64,000 nucleotides of DNA from contig MCFH01000031.1 in assembly GCA_002104945.1 (NCBI GenBank), positions 62,001 through 126,000 on the forward strand, given 5' to 3'. The translations under genes were made by a program, and so were the position numbers. The stretch's first letter is position 1. Each line of letters opens with the position of its first letter. This stretch comes from Piromyces finnis finn. Taxonomy: Eukaryota; Fungi; Neocallimastigomycota. Below are positions 26,201 to 39,977 of the stretch, piece after piece. The notes below the pieces were generated by a model that saw only the letters and a program-made list of their open reading frames with translations, searched no databases and had not been told where the DNA came from.

Positions 26201-29200
26201 GATGAAATATTTATCTTTTATTTAATATTTTTATGTATTAGAATTAATAAAATTTAGTTTTTTTAATTTCAAAATAATAATAATAATCGGTAGATCAGTA
26301 AAACGGTCAACAAATATTTATTCAAAATATTAAATTTTATTAATTTTTAAATTAAATAATATCTTCACAAATTTAAATATGAAAATTGGAGATTTTCCTT
26401 AATTTTTTTATTTGTTTGAAAAACCTTTTTTATTTAAATATTTGTAATAATTAATTTAAATATATTAATGATATATTAAAGGTATGGGATACCTTTATTC
26501 CTATTATCACATATCATCATACTTTATTCACTATTTATATAATTTATTTATTTTAACAATTATTATTTTATATTAATATTATTTAATGACTGTACTTTTT
26601 CTTTAAGTTTTTTTTTCATTATTCTTTAATTTTTTTGTAAATAATTTATGTATAGAAAATTTTAAAAATTCATACAAAAATAAAAAAAAATACTATTATG
26701 GACTTTCGTAAAATTATAAATAATTAATTTGTTTCATACAATATACATTTTTTTTTTCAATAAAAATAATGGGAACATAATACATTTAAAGTTAATATTT
26801 TATTTAGTACAATAATAATATTAAAACATTTTTTTTTTACATTAATACTAAATAATATAATTTGAATTTTTGTATTAAGTTTTCATATTTAAAATTTTAT
26901 TTTCTTATGCTACCAAATATTTACTACCTATTTTTTTGTTAAGAGAACATTCCAATATTCTAAAAGTTAAAAAACTCAATGTTTAAATATTTTCTTTTTC
27001 TTTTTTTATTTAAAACTTTGAATTTTAAAATTTTTAATGTTAATTAACAGTAATATAAATAAGCTATTTACCTATTTTAAAAATTAATTATTATGAGTAG
27101 AATATATTATAGGATAATAAATATAATTTATTTATAATATGTATTAAATTAAAATCAGTATAGTAGTATATATTTTTTAATCTTTAAAAGTAATTTAAAA
27201 ATATTTATTATATATAAAAAATAAATAAATACTATATTAATCTAAGTTTAAACTAAGCATCATGTCTTCCTTTTTTTTTTTTTATCTTTTCATAAAATTT
27301 TATAATTTTTATAATTAAAGTTATTGAGCAATATTTTACAAAGTCATACTATTTATATTATTTTTTAATAAAAAAATATTATTTCATTTTCTAAAATAAT
27401 TTATGATAGAAATATAGGAAAAAAGGAATACTAATTTTATTTATTTAATAAAAACTTAATATTAATCCATTTGTTTATTTACATTCTCAATAAACTATTA
27501 ACAAGAGTCATTTTTTAGATATATTAAATTTATATTTGTTTTTATAATATAGCATCTAGAAGTAGTCTTTTCTTTATTATTTCTTAAAAATTAAATAAAA
27601 ATAAATATATGCATGTAAATAAAATTAAGGAAATTTTTTATATTATATTAATAATTATTTTAAATTATAGAATATTACTTTTTTTTACTTGTTACTGAAT
27701 TTATTAAAACTTCCTAGATATATTTTACTTTGATTATGATGTGAAATATAGTCTTTTAATTTTTGATTGTTAATAGATATATACTAAGCTTTAAGAATAA
27801 AGTTGTAGTATTATTATTGTATAGTTCATGTTTCATTTATTTGAAACTAGTTATTTTTGAAATTCAATATTTCCAATTATAACATTATTATTCGTCTTAT
27901 ATAAAATTAAAAAGAAACCATTTTCCACATTATTACTTAGCATTTTTATTATATATTAAATATATGTAAATATTAATCATTGTAAAGAGTTGATTTAAAA
28001 ATATATTTATTAAAATTCTATCCCTTGAAACAAAAGTTTTCTTTGATAAACAAATAAATAAACTTTGTAATTAAAATATTATTAAAATGTGTTAATATAA
28101 TAGTAATATAACCAACTTTTTTAAAAAAAAAAAATATATTAATTTAATATTAAAAATTATTTAATATTCTTTTATATTAATTTTTTTTTTCTTATGATTA
28201 GTGTATAATTTTTATATTTGTAAGCAAAAGAAATTTATAAAAATTTCTGGAAAAACATATAATGCAAATATATGATCCAATTCAGTTAATATATTATAAC
28301 ACATATATAAACTATTATATTATATATGGGCTTAGTAAAATTTAATATATTTTATTATTAAAATTTAATTAACCCTTTTTCATATATTTATAACATTTTG
28401 GGTAATATAAGTTTTAAGTTAATATATTCAATTTTGGGTAATAATATATTTTAAGTTTAAACATATATATTATATATATATAAACTTTAAGAATGTTAAA
28501 AATTTTTTTATATTAAATTGTTAGGAGTATATAACATTTAATTTTGTTTCTTCATAATATTAAAAATAATTTGTTTAAATATTAAAATAATATTTAATAT
28601 AATATACATTACAATATATACTAATACATTTTCCAATAAATTAAATAATATATTAAATACCAACTATTAATGTCATATATTATAGTAAACTTCAATATAT
28701 ATACTTTATCTTTACATTTAAATATATATTTGTATTATAAAAAAAAAAAAAAGGGAAATTGAAAAGATAAAAAACACAAAATTTAATATATATTTTTTAT
28801 ATTTAATAGAGTTAAAATATAATAAATTATTAATATTAATATATTCATACATATAAAAACCTTAAAGTATATATTTTTAAATAGCGAAATAAGTTTATAT
28901 AGAATGACTATATAAGGGACAGAAAAGTGTAAATTTTTATACATTTTAATTTTATAAAAAGGTAAATAGAATATAAACTATTAATAGAAATTTGATATAG
29001 TTTCTTCATAATTCTTAATAATAGTTTTTTGTTGACATTAGGCTAATTAAAATAATTAAGAATTAAAAAATCAATATTTAAAATAGTATAAAGAAATATA
29101 AAAATTTAGTTCTAAGAATTAGTTAAATGCAATTGATTAGAGTTTAAATTATAAATTAAAGTATCTTTTTATAAATTAAAATAATAAAAAAGAATTCTAA

Positions 29201-29394
29201 ATATTTGAAAGAATTCTAAAAAAAATAAAGAATTAAAAAATACAAAATTTAAAAATAATATTTATTAAAAATAATAAATACTTTTTTTATATTTTTTTTT
29301 ATTAAAAAAAATAAAAAAAAATAAATATAAAATATATATTTATTATAAAAGTATTTTAAAGATATAATATTTATTAAATTATAAATAAATTAAT

Positions 29395-31599
29395 ATGTCT
29401 GTTTCAAATATTCAACAAAATTATATTCAATATAATTCAAATAACTCTTCAGCATATGTAATTCAACAATCATATCCTAATAATAATACGCCTTCTCAAC
29501 ACATGATAGTTTCTAATAATTATAACAATGGCTATCAATCAACTATGGTTAACTCAACCCAATACCAATCATATAGTGTTCCTCAAGCTCATTCAATATC
29601 AAATGGATCCTATCCAAATACTGCTATGAATAATCAAATAATTCCTCCAGCGGATAATAATAATACCTTTATTAAGGTGAATGTGAATGGTATACCAACT
29701 ACTCAACAAGAACAACAAGTATATCCATTAGCTCCAACCTCTCAACCAGTACAGCAAATATATAATGGTCAAGGATACGTACAATCACCAACTATAATAA
29801 ATTCGTCAAATATAGCTTATCAACATCAACCACCTCATCAATCTCATATAATAATAAATAACTCGAATGAAATTCAATATTCTTTAGCTACAACTTCAGA
29901 AACAGTAACGAATTCTATTTATTCATCATCAATAAATCAAGATATTAATCAAAATGTATTAACTAATGCTACTCAGAATGGAATGTCACCTGTTGTATTA
30001 AAACAGTCTAATGACTCAAATAATAATTCAGATGGTGTTTTACCATTATTTCAAAAACAACCTCAACAACCTATAAATTATTCAAGCAGTTCAGTAATAT
30101 CTAACTCCTCTTTAGAAAGTAATAATGAAAATTCTAACACTAATAGTAAGAGTACTTGTATATATACCCCCATTCAAACTCCAAACACTTCTCCTCTTAA
30201 AAAGGATGTAATCGTAAATGATAATAGTGTAGCTCAGACAAATAAAATTAATAATATGTATCCAGTGACAACTTTAGCTCAAGGAAAAAATATTACAACT
30301 AATACTATTGGTGAATCTATTCCTCCAAAAGATATTCAATCTAATGGAAAAAATATTAATAATACTCAATATATTAATAATGAAAATAGTATTAATTCAA
30401 TAACAAGCAATAGCGAAATGCTTTCACCAAAAAGTTTGAGTAATGAATCAAGTAATCAATCTATTGCTTCATCTAATAAAATACCAATTCAAAACGGTAA
30501 TAATAATAATAATAATATTGTTGTTGTAAATAACATGATATCACCAGAAATTAAAGAAGTTGAAAGAAAAATAAATGGTACTCAAGATCAATCGTATATT
30601 ATACAAGGCCAAAATCAAAATCAAAGGCAAATATCTCAAACTGCTAGTTATCATCATCAACCTAATAATAACAATCAAAATTCTTCTATTCAAAATATTC
30701 CATATCAATCTCCAGATAATAATTATGTTGTTTCTACTGAAAGTAATAATGTACCTTATAATACTTATAATTCTTATAATAATATTGTACCACAAAATGT
30801 TATCAATCAACAATATAATATTCAACAACAGGGCTATTACAATTCTCAACCTCAAAACCAAACTATTGACTATCAATCTGTTCCAATGCAAGGAAAGCCT
30901 GTTCAATTTATATCACCACCAAATAATGTTTCCTACATTCAGAATTCAGTTGTTTCGCCAATGGAAAATAATAATGTTTCTTACAATTCTCAACAACAAA
31001 TTGTAAATAATCAAGTAAATTATTCATCGCAACAAATAAATTCAAATCAACAAATTTATTACAATAATCAATCACCAGTACAACAAGTTGGTAATGTTGG
31101 TAATGTGAATATGAATACAAATTATAATACCCAATTTTCTGTTCCATATCCTGTTAGATCAAACAATGTTATTTCCGCTAATTCCCCACCAGCAAAGGTT
31201 AAACGTTATAAGTGTACTGAGTGCGGTAAACGTTTTTCAAGACCAAGTTCATTAAAGACTCACATGTATTCACATACTGGTCAACATCCATTCAAATGCA
31301 CTTTAGCTGGTTGTGGTCGTCGTTTCTCAGTGCTTAGTAATTTAAGAAGACATATGAAAGTTTGTCAAAAAAGACATGAAAAAAATAGAGCACTTATTCT
31401 ACGAAATGCAAAACTTTCCAATAGTAAGATTTGCGATGATGATGAAGTTAATACTACTACAATTACTATTGATGATATTAATTCATCAAAGATTAGAGTT
31501 ATTGAAAATAAAAAGGCTAAAAATACTACAAACAAACCATCTTCTTCCTCAAACACAAGTATAAGCGATAATGTAAAAGAACACAGTAAAATAAATTAA
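29395..31599 (+). CDS. C2H2 zinc-finger transcription factor (two fingers, FlbC/Znf2-like finger sequence) with long N/Q/S/Y-rich low-complexity N-terminus
   Basis: YKCTECGKRFSRPSSLKTHMYSHTGQHPFKCTLAGCGRRFSVLSNLRRHMKVC; intronless 734-aa ORF. Confidence 0.93.
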   Translation: MSVSNIQQNYIQYNSNNSSAYVIQQSYPNNNTPSQHMIVSNNYNNGYQSTMVNSTQYQSYSVPQAHSISNGSYPNTAMNNQIIPPADNNNTFIKVNVNGIPTTQQEQQVYPLAPTSQPVQQIYNGQGYVQSPTIINSSNIAYQHQPPHQSHIIINNSNEIQYSLATTSETVTNSIYSSSINQDINQNVLTNATQNGMSPVVLKQSNDSNNNSDGVLPLFQKQPQQPINYSSSSVISNSSLESNNENSNTNSKSTCIYTPIQTPNTSPLKKDVIVNDNSVAQTNKINNMYPVTTLAQGKNITTNTIGESIPPKDIQSNGKNINNTQYINNENSINSITSNSEMLSPKSLSNESSNQSIASSNKIPIQNGNNNNNNIVVVNNMISPEIKEVERKINGTQDQSYIIQGQNQNQRQISQTASYHHQPNNNNQNSSIQNIPYQSPDNNYVVSTESNNVPYNTYNSYNNIVPQNVINQQYNIQQQGYYNSQPQNQTIDYQSVPMQGKPVQFISPPNNVSYIQNSVVSPMENNNVSYNSQQQIVNNQVNYSSQQINSNQQIYYNNQSPVQQVGNVGNVNMNTNYNTQFSVPYPVRSNNVISANSPPAKVKRYKCTECGKRFSRPSSLKTHMYSHTGQHPFKCTLAGCGRRFSVLSNLRRHMKVCQKRHEKNRALILRNAKLSNSKICDDDEVNTTTITIDDINSSKIRVIENKKAKNTTNKPSSSSNTSISDNVKEHSKIN

Positions 31600-33722
31600 G
31601 CAATATATCATATTTATATAAATAATTATATTTTTTAAACCATTATAATAGTAAAGCAAAAAATATCTTAATATGTTTTCATTATGTAAATTTATATATT
31701 AAGTATTTTTTTAAAAAATTATATATTTTATTATTACTAAAATATATATTCATATATCTATAAATATCTATCATTTTATTTTTATTTTCATTTATAAAAA
31801 ACAATTTTTTGACATAAATATAGAATTTAATTAAAATTTATATTTTAAATATTAATTTAATCATAATTATTTTTTTTTTAAAAATAATACACACAATAAA
31901 GATAAATCAATTAAAATTAAAGAAATTATTATATAAAATAGAGTATTATTTAATTTTGATAAAATATAAACATAATATTAAGAAAATCGAAAAAGCAAAA
32001 GAAAAAAAACCAAAACCAATCAATCAAACAAAAAAAAAAAACAAACAAACAAAAAAAAAAAAACGAATTAATTAAATTTTAAAGAAAAATATAACAATAA
32101 AAGAAAAAAAAAATATAAATAATTATTATAATATATCAATAATTTACAAAAAAATTTATCATATGCAAACATTATTACATATTATAAATATTAAAAAATA
32201 AAGAGAAAAATATAATAAAGTTAATTTTATTTATATATATATAAATGTTTTTAAAGAATCAATATAAATGTGTGATAATTTATTTACAAACAATTTTTTT
32301 TATAAAATATTTTTATAATACTTAACTATTTTATTAGTAAAATTCAAAGATTAAGCATTCTTATTTTTAATATACTAAAATAAATATAATGATATTAACA
32401 ACAATAGCGATAATTATTAAATAAATATTATAATTGTAAATATTTTATTAACAATTAAGTATTAGAACTAATTTTTTATTTCATTAAATCATTTTAATCA
32501 AAATTATCTGTATTAAATTAGAAATTATTATTATTTCTTGATATTTAAATAAAATTAAACTTTAGTTTTTAAAAATTTATATATATTTTTGATTAATGTT
32601 AATAGTAATGGGATTTTTGTTATATAAAGTACAATTTTATGTTAAATTTAGAAGTACGATTAATTATATCAATAATATTATTTATTTTAGTTTTCTTTCT
32701 TTTTTTCTTTTTTCTTTTATGTTTTTTTTAATGAAAAATAATAAATTTTTTTATAAAGTATTAATTAATACTAATTGGATATTAATTAATTAAATATTTA
32801 TTTTCTTGTACAACATTTTGAGTGGTTATTCTATTGGCAAATGCAATTGCATGATAGTATTAGTATCATTCCTTTTCAAACCAATTAAAAATAATTTCAC
32901 ATATGAAAAATAGAATTTCTTATCTTTTAAAAAAGTCTTAATAACAAATGAAATTATAAAAAAGAATAAGCAGATACTTTGACCTTACAGTAACATACTT
33001 TTATCTAGAAAATAGTATTTTTGATTATTTTTTTCCCTTTATTAATGATTTAATTATTATATGCAGTTTTTTATTTGTTCTACAATTAATTATACATAAT
33101 GAGTGCATATAATATTTAATTGAAAAAAAAACTTTAATAATTATGTTAATTAGGTGTTATATAAACGTTTTAAATAATAATATAAATTTTATAATTATAA
33201 TAACTAATTTAATAATATAACACTAAACTCTTTTATCTTTCATATGTATATTTTATTATTTTATATGATAATATTAATGTCATATTCAAATTTTATTAAA
33301 AATGTTAATATTAATTATTTTTAACATTTAAAAAAATTAATAAAATTTAATTTTTTCTTAAAATGTTCAAAAAAGCAACAAACTATAAAATATATTATTA
33401 ATATATTAAAATTATTAATTATTATTTTTTGAGATAAATAAATTATAAATAATAATAATAATACAAAACCTTCAAAAATATAAAACTAAGTATTAAATTA
33501 TATTGAATTATATCTATTTTCATCTTGTAATATTATTATTGATTTACTTCAATAAAAAATGAAATATATATATTCATTTTAACACAGCAGTTAGTGATAA
33601 AAAATAGATATAATTTAATATAATTTTTTAACACTTTAGTTTTTATTTAAAAAATTTGGGGCATTTAAATAAATATCAGGTAGTGAGAAATTAAAAAAGT
33701 AAATAAAAAAAGATACATTAAA

Positions 33723-34350
33723 ATGGCATTGGAAGAAATAATTTTAAAAAATACAGAAGAGAAAAAATATCATTCACCATTATTTAATAAAGCTACTTTG
33801 GAACTATCGGATTTGAAGAATTCACCAACTCGAAGACCTTCAAATTCTATATCAAGACAGATTATACCACTAAGAATATCATCTAAAGGTATATTTCAAT
33901 TTTGAAAGAAAAAAACGAAAAAAAGCTTATTTTATAGTATTTTAAAATTATCTAATATATTATTAAAATCTATAATATGTCAATAAATATTCATTCACAT
34001 TAAATCTATATAATTTAAAAATAACTATAAAATAGTTGAAAATAATAGCTTTAATGAAAACCTAATAAAATTTTCAAATATTAATGGAAATCAAAAATTA
34101 GATACTTTTCTTCAAACTTATGATAGAATTGCTAATTCAATTAAAATTGGTTTTGGAAATAAAAATATAATCCCAAAGAAAAATAGAATTACTGTTAATA
34201 GAAAGCTAATGCATGATTTAGTTTATAGCAGAACAGACAGAAATGTTTTACTTAATGTAAATCCATGTATATCTATGAAGCCATTGGTTGGTTTACTTTT
34301 AAAATCAATTGAAGTAGTAGTCAATGAAAAAAGTATTTTTTTTCTTTCTT

Positions 34351-34389
<39 letters not shown>

Positions 34390-37300
34390 CATTATTATAA
34401 ATACTTTAAAATTTGAATATATAAATATTTAAAATTATGTTTTATTAATAATATTATTATATAAATATAAAGCTAATTCTTCTAGAGATAAAAAATTAGA
34501 AGGAAATCTTCTTGAAAATGGAAAAGGTAAATATACATTTCTATGATAATAATATAATAATTTATATATTTTTTATCATAATTCTTAATTTAAATATTTT
34601 ATTGTAAATAATATTATTTATACATAATTATACGAAAACTTAATCAATAAAAAATATATTTTAAATAGATTCAGATAAAGTTTTCATGGATATAAATATG
34701 ACGGAATCACCACAAGAATCAGCATCAAATATTAATATTCGAACTGAGGACGACAGCATATATAATGAAGAATTAACAGAAAACCTTTCAAATAAAAATT
34801 CAAATTATATTGATACAAAAAGTAATCATGAAAATGTTAATATTACAAAAGAAGGTAAATTCCCTAAGGATTTAGTATTTAAATCCGATGAATTACAACA
34901 ACTTTATAATTCAATATCTCAGGACCTAAAACTTATTGAAAACCTTACTAGATCTCATAAAGAATCAACGGAACCTATATCTTATTCAAATGATCAATCT
35001 GAAACATTATTTATTACTAATCAAAATATTGAAATAAGTGAATTTGATAAAGAAAATATAAAATTAGAAGAAAACGGAAATAATATTAATGGCATTATGT
35101 TTACAGATTCAATGTCAAAACTTTATAAGGATATTATGGATAACAATGATTTATTCACTGAATCTACTGCTGGTATTAACAAAACAACTGGAGATAAAGC
35201 AACTTATAGTGATACTCCATTAAAAAAGGAAATTAATACATCAAGTTCAAATGATTATTATTTGAGTGAAGTTTTTTCTTACTCAAAATCTTTGGATAGC
35301 GATAGATATTTTAATTATTCCAATAAAAATAAACATACCATAAATGGTGACAATAAAAGTAATAATGATGTAACTAGTAATACCAATGGTATTAAGTTCC
35401 ATTCAGGCCCTCCAGTTATATTGCATAGAAATTCTTCTTTAAATAATAAAAGAAAAGTAAATAAAATTATTCAAACAAATGATGATCAAAAGGAAACTAA
35501 AGAAAAAGATACTGAGTCTGAACAATTCCAATACGCTATAAAATTATCCGAATCAGATGAAATTGATGAAAAAAGTGATGAAAACCTTGAAATTATAGGA
35601 AAAATCGATAATATCAATAGAGAAAAAGTAATAGAAAAAATAGATGATTCTATTAATAATAATTTGTTATCTCCATTAGATGAAATTGATGCAATTGATA
35701 ATAAATTAAATAATAATAAAATAATTGCTAAATTGCCGATGATACCAAAACGTAGCACATCTATGAGTAAAAAAAGTAAAAGTTCTATAATATTTAGTTA
35801 TAACAATGAATATTCTTTATCAAGCCCTACTATTAATAATAATAATAATAATAATAATAGTGTAAAAGATATATCTAGTAATTGTAGAAATAGTATTAAT
35901 GATAAAAGCAATGATAATTATTATCATGAAAAATCATTTAAGATCGAATCTCCACAAATAAAAAGTGTAAATAATGAAGAACCAAGAAATAAATTAACAA
36001 ATGATGCTAATAACTCAAACCAGAATGGAAAGGATAAAAGAAATACTAGAGATATGTTTAATAATTATAAAACGTTTAGCATCAGTAGTTTTGATTCGGA
36101 CAAAAGACATAGTTTTGATAATACAAATTTAAGTAGATCGTATGATAATGAAATTGATATATATAAAACTCCAAAAATTAAATCACCAAGACTCGTTGAA
36201 TCACCAAAGCTTATTGAAAGTCAAACTTCAAATGATAATTCAACTATATCTTCCTCAGGTGCATATACTTCATATAGTTATAAAAAGCATACAATATCAC
36301 CTTTATCTATTGAAATCCCAGAAAGACCTAAACATATGGTGAAAAAGAAATCCTCTAAATTAACTAACATTTTCAAGACACTTTCACCAAAATCTTCATC
36401 TTCACATATGGGTAAAAAATATAATAAAAACGAATTTGATGACTTTCCAGGAAAAGTCTTATTTGATGATGATAGTGATAGTGATTTCATACAAAATAAT
36501 ACTAAAAGTAAACGCTTCAGTATTAGTAAATTAAAAAACAAAGTTATAAAGAAAGCTAGTAAAGACAATTATAGAAAAAATAAAGATTTAGAAAAAGTAT
36601 CCAATAATGTAAATAAAAAGTATCGTCATACTATAGCTTCATTTAATTTACTCAGTCCTGAAATGACTGATCATGCCCAAGAACAGACTTTAAAAACGGA
36701 AACTGAAATCACACCACCTTCTGTCAAATCAAATTTTAAGAATGATAAAAATCGCAGAATTTCTCATCCATCAATACAAAGAACTGATTTACCTAGTTCT
36801 CCATTGATAAAACCAGAAATTTTTAAAAAAAATAACAACAGTGTTAGCTCGTTTAAGATTGTAAAACATGATATAGATGAAAACGAAGTAAAACAATGTG
36901 CTTTTAATGGAATCAATGGTATATTAAAAAATGAATTAATTGATAATCAAGAAGAAGGATTATATATCGAAGAAGATGAATGGATTGATGAATCAAAATA
37001 TGATATTAATAATAAAAGTAATACAAGAAAAGATAAAAGAAAAAAGAAAATAAAAAATTATATTAGAGGAAAGAATCAAAAAAAAGGAAATTTAAATAAA
37101 GAAAGAAATAATAAAAAATTAATAGATACTCAAAATTCTATTTTAAATAGAAATGCAAGCAAAGGTATTAAACGTAATATAAGTCAAGGAAGTATTCATT
37201 ATACAAGATCAACAAAAAAATATACTGTTATTAAATCAAGACCTACTTTATTATCTGAACGTAGTAAAGGTTCTGTTAGAATTTTAGAACAAAATTCTTT

Positions 37301-37562
37301 TAAAAATAAAATCCAAACTAATACTAGTCCAGATATTCATAATCAATCTATAGTAATTGTTGAACCACCATTACTTTCGCCAAATCATTCACATTCTTTA
37401 TCAAAGACAGATATGTCATTTTCTTCAGTTGTATCAAGAAACTCGTCTGTAAAAATGAAGAGAAATGTTGTCAAAAGATTCCTTCATATTAACCTTAAGA
37501 AAAGACAAAATAAACAAAGCTCAAACAAAACAATTAGAAATACAATAAAAAATAATTCTTGA
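33723..37562 (+). CDS. Uncharacterised N/S/K-rich protein, 4 exons (about 33723-33891, 34035-34331, 34472-34527, 34670-37562)
   Basis: ORFs 33723, 34209 and 34686 join in frame through GT-AG introns (ISSK|VENN...VNEK|TNSS...ENGK|DSDKVFMD). No recognisable domain. Confidence 0.8.
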
Positions 37563-38106
37563 ATAATAATAATAATGAGGTATCTAATTATTATGAAAGA
37601 ATTATATTGTGTCTATTTTTCAAGGATGGTTTAAATAATCAATACAAAAAATATATACTAAAAATATATATTAAGTTGATAAAATCTATCATTAATATTT
37701 ATATTTATTAAATGATATCATACCATATTAATCTTCATTTTTATATTAGATATAAATAAAAGCAATATATATGACAATATACCATGAAATTTAAAAAAAA
37801 AAAAAAAAAAAAAGACATTGATAATATGTAATTAATAGCTAAAAAAATGATAGTTATTTTAACATTCTCATGATTCAATATGCTTATGATTGTTTGATTG
37901 TTTAATAATTATTATTAAATAAATACATTCATTTATATATATATTAAACAATCATTATTGAAAAAAAAGAAAGTAATAGTAAAATTATATGAAAATATTT
38001 TGTATTTTCTAAAGGAGATAATGATAAGTATATAATTTATAAAAAGTTTTCTGCAATATTTCTGCAATAATTTAATATTATTTTGCTTTATTATATTTTA
38101 GAAATG

Positions 38107-38151
<45 letters not shown>

Positions 38152-38379
38152 ATTTTGAATAACTATTAACTATATAAAAAAAAAACTTTTTATTATTATG
38201 CTTTTTCCAATCCTTATTATATTTTTTATAAATATTATCTATTATAAAAAATAATCAATACTATTAAATAATTTTTATTTATATCTAGTATCTATTTATA
38301 TTTATTAATCAATATTTTTATTTTTATTTAAGAAGAAAAAGAATATCTTACTTTATTATTATAAAGATATAATTGAAAC

Positions 38380-38480
38380 AAACAAACATACAAGCAAAAA
38401 ATAAAAAACAAACAAACAAACAAAAAAAACAAATAAATAAATAAACAAACAAAACAACAATAATAACAACAACAACAGCA
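38380..38480. repeat. Compound (AAAC)/(AAAT)/(AAC) simple repeats
   Basis: Directly visible short-period repeats. Confidence 0.7.
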
Positions 38481-39254
38481 AAAAATAATATACAATATAT
38501 TTTATTTACATATATAATAGATATTAATATTTAATATTTACAATTATATTCATATTTATTAACCATATAATAAGCTGATCTATTACTAATTATTATTATT
38601 ATTATTATTATTTTAACAAGAAGAATAGTATATAAAGAGAAGAAAAAATATACGAGCAAGAAATAAATTAGCTCATGAAAATATCAATATATCAATTGAT
38701 AACAAAATAATATACCCAATATCTTAAATATTTATCTGAATAAAAATCTAATTAAAATTTAAACTTTTCAATTGATTTAATCATTTATATTTTAATATAA
38801 ATATCAATTTCTATTTTTCATTTCTATTCTATTCTTCTCTATTATATATATATATTTATTTTTTCTTGCTTTTTGTTTCTTAAACATAATATATACAAAT
38901 ATTTTAAATATTTGAATATTATTAAAAATGTTATAAACAAACAAGCAATAATAATAAGTATAAAAATAAATTGTAATTGTAAAAAACATTATTAAAAAAA
39001 AGTAAAAATAAAAATTAAACAAGTGAACAAAAACAAATAAATGAAGAATTAGAAAATATAAGACATATTTCTTTGAAAGAGTTTTTTTTTTTTTATAAAA
39101 AATTTAATAAATGTTATTAAAATTAATTTATAAAACAAGTTTTTTTTTTAGAAAGTATGTCGGAATAAACAGATTTCTTATATTAATAAAAAAGGATAAA
39201 AAGATCTGTCACTCTTTGTTGTTTTTTTAAATTATTCGAATATATATATTTATA

Positions 39255-39610
39255 TATTTTAAAACTTTTTATTAAAATTAAAATTATAATACAAATGGAT
39301 TTAAGTCTAATAATTAATATCAATAATATATTCTAGTAATTCTAATTAGATTAAACCCTCACTAAAATGTATGTAGACCCTTGCCAAAAATGTATAACCC
39401 TCACCAAAATGTATGTAGACCCTTGACACAACGTATGTAGACCCTTGCCAAAATTGTATAACCCTCACCAAAATGTATGTAGACACTTAGTATAAAGACT
39501 AAAAGATCAAATTTTATCATGGGACAAAGTTATGATCTTAGTAGATCGCATCAGTCCTTATAGCATGCCTTTTTGTTCATTACTTTAACATAAGACATTA
39601 TTATGATTAA
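39255..39610 (-). mobile_element. Older, degenerate LINE 3'-end remnant
   Basis: 39255-39290, 39329-39348 and 39502-39538 resemble LINE 3' segments 40014-40055, 40141-40160 and 40228-40265, in the same order. Confidence 0.6.
39355..39482. repeat. Minisatellite, six 20-22 bp units (A-B-A-C-B-A)
   Basis: Units accctcac(t/c)aaaatgtatgtag, acccttgccaaaa(a/t)tgtata and acccttgacacaacgtatgtag abut with no spacers. Confidence 0.9.
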
Positions 39611-39622
39611 AAGTTTCTCAAT

Positions 39623-39951
39623 TTTTTTTTTTTTTTTAAAGGGATCAAATATTTTTTTTTTAATTTAATTAAAATTATAATACATATTATAAAAAACAAA
39701 ATTAAAAATAAAAATAATAATAATAAAAAAAATATGTTTAAATAAACATAAATGAATAGAAATTGGGTATACTGTATTCTAGTAATTTTAATAAAAGTAA
39801 GAAAGCCACTATTATACTAAAGTATAATAGTTGTATTTGACTTCCAATGGGACAAAATTATGATCTCCATTGGTTGTGCTGGCCCTTCTGGCCTGTCTTA
39901 ATGTTTCTTCAGTATTGACGCTGTTGCTTCAAACCTTTTGAACATTGACAG
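39623..39951 (-). mobile_element. 5'-truncated copy of the LINE 3' end with its own poly(A) and 12-bp TSD
   Basis: AAGTTTCTCAAT at 39611-39622 and 39952-39963. T-run 39622-39637. Body closely similar to 40002-40355 apart from two small deletions. Confidence 0.85.
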
Positions 39952-39977
39952 AAGTTTCTCAATGACCATCAAAAATA

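Noticed and set aside
39355-39482. CRISPR-like periodic repeats
   Set aside because: Units are contiguous with no unique spacers, there are no cas genes, and the host is eukaryotic.
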